From positions 142,128 through 206,127 of the forward strand of contig CAVVKW010000001.1 in NCBI GenBank assembly GCA_963749035.1: a stretch of 64,000 nt of DNA, in the 5' to 3' direction. The position numbers and the translations under genes are program-made. The notes under the pieces were generated by a model. The model searched no databases and was not told the origin of the DNA. It saw nothing but the letters and a program-made list of their open reading frames with translations. Positions 60,578 to 64,000 of the stretch are shown here, piece after piece. Positions within the stretch are counted from its first letter, which is position 1; every line of letters starts with the position of its first letter. This stretch comes from an uncultured Verrucomicrobiae bacterium. GTDB taxonomy: Bacteria; Verrucomicrobiota; Verrucomicrobiia; Chthoniobacterales; JAATET01.

Positions 60578-61918
60578 TCAGCCTACCGAAGTGGGGACAA
60601 GGATCGCGTCGCTCATTCCGTGCAGCAGCTTTTTGTCCGCTGGACAGATCGTCGCCAACGCTCCGGCGCACCTGACCCGATCCCGCTCATCCCCCAAGAA
60701 AAAATACGGACACAGCCGCACTCGCCCTTTAATCACCGACATCTCGTCACTCGCATCGTCCCACCACGGCTGCTCAACCAACCGGCCCTTGTGAAACTCC
60801 TGCAGGAGGTGCGGCTGGTCGCTCCAATGCTCGAGCGCGTCCGACAGCGCTTCCCGCCATTCGTTCTGCGGAACGTCCTGCGCCATCACGACCCCGCGGG
60901 ACCCCCACGCCGTCTCGCTGAATCCGCTCACCTTCAGGATCAACTCCCGGTCTTTCTGGCTCAGTTGCCCAACCTCACCCCACGAATTGACCTCCAGCCT
61001 CGGCAGCACGGCGTGCACCGGCAGCGGCGCTGGATCCACGACCCAGGAATACGGAATGACCTTCCGCAATTCCGTCACCGTTCGATCACCGACCGCGCGC
61101 CGCCAGTAATCCTCCAGCGGCTTCATCCAGAATAGCGCGAACCAGATTTTCTCTTCCAGCCAAGGCTTGAACGGCGGCGTCACGGCCACGTCCCCCGAAC
61201 GGGCTCGTTCCGCCAAGTCGTCCGCGCACGCCACGTTCGCCCAATCAAAGAGTTCGAAAAACCGATACACGCGCTCCTGCCAGTCGGATCTCTTCGAATC
61301 GTCGACCACCCTCCAGCCAATCCCCCGACCGCTCATTTCTCCCGCTCCCTTGCCGGCATTCATTCGTTCGGCTGCGTAAACCATTTCCGGCCGGTAGGTC
61401 GCCGCCTCCTCCGAAACGACGATGTCACCCCCGCCGGGAAGGATGGACGCCAAGCCCTCGAGCATTCCGTCCGGCCCTCCCAAGACATCCTCACCGAGTT
61501 CCGAGTAAACGTTCCCGAGCCACGCCGTCAGACCGATCCCACCCGGCACGCTATCGAGTTCCGCAATCGTGTAGCCGTCTTCCGTCAAGATGACATCCGG
61601 CCGAATGACCCGCGGAATGTCCTGCAAAAATGCCCGCTCACGCCCCAGTTCGATCAGCTCCCGAGGCTTCCCCCGATCCAGCAACTCCGCGACCCAACCC
61701 GGCTCCCGCCCGTCCGAACTCAGGCGGTAAAGGTCGTTGCACGCTCGCACAAATTTCGAAAGCCGGTACCCCAGCTTGTCCAATTCATCGGCAAAGTCAG
61801 CGCTGATCCGAAAGGCCCGCGGCGACACGCGCCACGTCTTTTCGTGGAAGAGCCCGCCCGCCGGAAGCGCCTCCCGGACCCGCTCGGCCCGGCGCCGATC
61901 GTCAGCCGCCCCGCTCAC
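60578..61918 (-). CDS. Conserved hypothetical protein (about 447 aa) translationally coupled to ruvA
   Basis: Coding-like composition begins at GTG 61918, which overlaps the ruvA stop (GTGA). The N-terminal 63 aa of ORF 60578..62110 lie inside ruvA. No family recognised with confidence. Confidence 0.6.
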   Translation of the reverse strand: MSGAADDRRRAERVREALPAGGLFHEKTWRVSPRAFRISADFADELDKLGYRLSKFVRACNDLYRLSSDGREPGWVAELLDRGKPRELIELGRERAFLQDIPRVIRPDVILTEDGYTIAELDSVPGGIGLTAWLGNVYSELGEDVLGGPDGMLEGLASILPGGGDIVVSEEAATYRPEMVYAAERMNAGKGAGEMSGRGIGWRVVDDSKRSDWQERVYRFFELFDWANVACADDLAERARSGDVAVTPPFKPWLEEKIWFALFWMKPLEDYWRRAVGDRTVTELRKVIPYSWVVDPAPLPVHAVLPRLEVNSWGEVGQLSQKDRELILKVSGFSETAWGSRGVVMAQDVPQNEWREALSDALEHWSDQPHLLQEFHKGRLVEQPWWDDASDEMSVIKGRVRLCPYFFLGDERDRVRCAGALATICPADKKLLHGMSDAILVPTSVG

Positions 61919-62523
61919 AGCAAGAGCTTCAGCCCCTGCCGAACCAACGCATCGGACTCCACCTCTCCACCGCCCTCGATCTCGATCACCCGCTTGATCG
62001 CCTTGTGGGCGTCGACCTGTTTGTAACCGAGCGAGATCAACGCCAGCGCCGCGTCGTGGATCGCCGCATCCTGCTTCGTCGGAGCGTTCTTCGCACTCGA
62101 GGCCTCCCATTCCGCGACCACCCCCAGCTTATCCTTCAACTCCAAAACCATTCGCTCAGCCGTCTTCTTCCCGACGCCCCGCGTTCTCGCCAGCGCCGCG
62201 ACGTCTCCGGCCACAACCATCGCCTTGAAATCCTCGACGCTCATCCCGCTCAGCACCGCCAGCGCCAGCTTCGGCCCGACCCCGGAAACGTTCTGGGTCA
62301 GCAACCGGAATAAATCCCGCTCCGCGACCGTCATGAAACCAAACAACAAATGCGCGTCCTCCCGCACCACCAGATGCGTCAGCACCCGGATCGCCTCGCC
62401 AACTCGAGGCAACCGGTCGAAACTCGAAAGCGGAATTAAGACCTGATAGCCGACACCCTGCACGTTTACGACGATCTGCGTCGGCAACGCCTCGTCCAGT
62501 TTGCCCTCCAAAAATGTAATCAT
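61915..62523 (-). CDS. ruvA: Holliday junction DNA helicase RuvA
   Basis: MITFLEGKLDEALPTQIVVNVQGVGYQVLIP...GVGPKLALAVLS...GVGKKTAERM. Start at cat 62521-62523. Confidence 0.93.
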   Translation of the reverse strand: MITFLEGKLDEALPTQIVVNVQGVGYQVLIPLSSFDRLPRVGEAIRVLTHLVVREDAHLLFGFMTVAERDLFRLLTQNVSGVGPKLALAVLSGMSVEDFKAMVVAGDVAALARTRGVGKKTAERMVLELKDKLGVVAEWEASSAKNAPTKQDAAIHDAALALISLGYKQVDAHKAIKRVIEIEGGGEVESDALVRQGLKLLL

Positions 62524-63178
62524 GTCAGAGCCCACTCCTACCATCGCCGCCGGGAAACACCAACCCGCCTCGCGGATTCTGTGCGCGCTCCTGTTGGCGG
62601 CTCTCGTCTTCACCCGGCCCTCCGCCGCGCAGGATTCCACTCCCGCACCGACCGCCGCGTGGCATTTCATGATCGAGCCCGCCTTCATGCAGCCCGAGGT
62701 CGAGATTGCCATTCCGGGAAGCGACCGCACCGTCATCACCCCGGCCCTGATCAGCGGCGACACCGTCACTTATTTGAAGCGCGAAACGCTCGAAGATCAG
62801 CAGCTCGATCTCGACTCCATCGAATCCCTGGCCCGCCGCGCCGCCTCCGCCGACCTCGCCACGCTCGAGCCCGCCTTCGTCCGCGACGACGAAGGCATCC
62901 TCCAGTTCGCCGTCATCGATTCCGACCTCCCCATCGTCGCCCCATCCGTCTTCGCTCCGGATTTCGTCGATAAGTTCCGGGACACCCTTGGGCCGGACCT
63001 CCTTCTCGCGATCCCTAACCGTTACCGCGTTTACGTCTTCCCCGCGCTGGCCAGCCGTTTTGCCGAAGCCGCCGATTCCATCCTCGCCGACTACGCACTC
63101 ACCCCTTACCCGGTCAGCAAAGAAGTCTTCCGGCTTCGCGACGGCAACCTCGAAGCCATCGGCACGTTCGAAGACTAG
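62522..63178 (+). CDS. Hypothetical secreted protein
   Basis: Signal-like RILCALLLAALVFTRPSAAQD. ATG 62522 preferred over TTG 62501. Confidence 0.5.
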   Translation: MSEPTPTIAAGKHQPASRILCALLLAALVFTRPSAAQDSTPAPTAAWHFMIEPAFMQPEVEIAIPGSDRTVITPALISGDTVTYLKRETLEDQQLDLDSIESLARRAASADLATLEPAFVRDDEGILQFAVIDSDLPIVAPSVFAPDFVDKFRDTLGPDLLLAIPNRYRVYVFPALASRFAEAADSILADYALTPYPVSKEVFRLRDGNLEAIGTFED

Positions 63179-63246
63179 CCAGAATGGCAAAAATTTTCTT
63201 CTCCCGGGCCGTGGTCGAATGAGGACCAAGCACCGCGTCGCACGGC

Positions 63247-63984
63247 TTAGAAACCGCGCACTTTCAGGAATTGCACGATTTCCTCTGTCGTTTGCTGGAA
63301 ATAGTTCTCACCTTCCGTCGAATTGAAGAAACCATGCGGTTGACCCGGATAGATGATGACCTCGACTTCGTTCCCAAGTTCACGGGACTCCGCCGCGAAC
63401 CCTTCGACGACCTCCAGCGGCGTGACCTGATCCTGATCGCCGAACATCATCAGCGTCGGCGGCATCCCAGCGACAAGGTTATGCCGTGGCGAAAAATCCT
63501 CCCAGTATTCCGACACCTGTTCGTTCGCGTATCCACCCGGACCCGTATCGAGCACGGGATTCAGCAACACCAGTGCCTCCGGTCTGAGCGACACCGACTT
63601 ATCCGCCGTCGCCTCGTCGATTTCCGGAGCAGTCATCAGCGACAGCGCGAGATGGCCACCGGCTGAGCCACCGCCAGCCGCGATGCGTTCCGGGTCGATC
63701 TCCAACTCATCCGCGTGCTCTTTGACCCAACGCATGGCCGTTTTGGCGTCTTGGACGCAATCGGCTGGTGTGACACCGTCTTGCGACGTCAACCGATACC
63801 CCGCGGAGATGCCAACGATTCCGTTCTCCGCGAGCACCTGACACTGCTGACCAATGCTTCGCCACTGACCCCGCTTCCAGCCCCCACCGTGGAATAGCAG
63901 CACCGCTGGCAGTCGCTCACCCTCCATCCCCGGCGGACGATAGACCGCGAGTTCGAGCGGATCCTGCGGCCGCTCTGCGTACAC
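63247..63984 (-). CDS. Alpha/beta hydrolase (esterase/lipase, HGGGW type)
   Basis: Oxyanion motif LLFHGGGW; nucleophile elbow GGSAGGHLA; C-terminal His (GQPHGF). The N-terminus is near the window edge and may extend further. Confidence 0.85.
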   Translation of the reverse strand: MYAERPQDPLELAVYRPPGMEGERLPAVLLFHGGGWKRGQWRSIGQQCQVLAENGIVGISAGYRLTSQDGVTPADCVQDAKTAMRWVKEHADELEIDPERIAAGGGSAGGHLALSLMTAPEIDEATADKSVSLRPEALVLLNPVLDTGPGGYANEQVSEYWEDFSPRHNLVAGMPPTLMMFGDQDQVTPLEVVEGFAAESRELGNEVEVIIYPGQPHGFFNSTEGENYFQQTTEEIVQFLKVRGF

Positions 63985-64000
63985 GTAAACTTCGGGTCCG

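Overview
High-GC bacterial chromosomal window. PEP-CTERM proteins, a DUF1559-type pseudopilin, DUF5069 and PT-linked glycoside hydrolases suggest a Verrucomicrobiota/Opitutales-like organism; this is inference only, as no database search was possible. About 60 genes can be supported. Housekeeping genes: metH, hup, dcd, cbiX, a class A PBP, thrS, purU, def, ftsH, accBC, thiE, ruvA. Also present: two tandem pilT ATPases, two sensor kinase systems, a yqjD/E/K-like stress operon, exbBD, and a 1175-aa AA10 LPMO-CBM2-CBM2-GH9-CBM3c fusion enzyme. A complete type I-C CRISPR-Cas locus (cas3-cas5-cas8c-cas7-cas4-cas1-cas2 plus a 55-repeat array) spans about 32.9-46.1 kb and is bracketed by 57-bp direct repeats. 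The cas operon is interrupted by two toxin-antitoxin pairs. The main finding lies in the 184-bp gap splitting the first pair (Phd/YefM-like antitoxin and PIN toxin, between cas3 and cas5). This gap holds an antisense degenerate mini-CRISPR: a psi-repeat, a 34-nt psi-spacer, then a hairpin/terminator where the next repeat would start. It is driven from a palindromic divergent promoter. The psi-spacer matches 14/17 nt of a TTC-PAM-flanked site between the opposing promoter and the PIN start codon, and two of the three mismatches fall at positions 6 and 12. This is the architecture of CreTA/CreR-type Cascade-repressed modules, but with a protein PIN toxin and the Cascade genes downstream. Other observations: dispersed tandem heptamers (CAACTCT/CTCAACC/CAATCCS) inserted in-frame in metH and thrS and at cas gene junctions; cas4 without a canonical start codon; a frameshifted membrane/VIT-like/PEP-CTERM gene; GC-rich REP-like intergenic repeat families; and two divergent gene pairs whose start codons overlap on CATG. 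No rRNA or tRNA genes were recognised. Most other ORFs in the six-frame track are GC-driven shadow ORFs.
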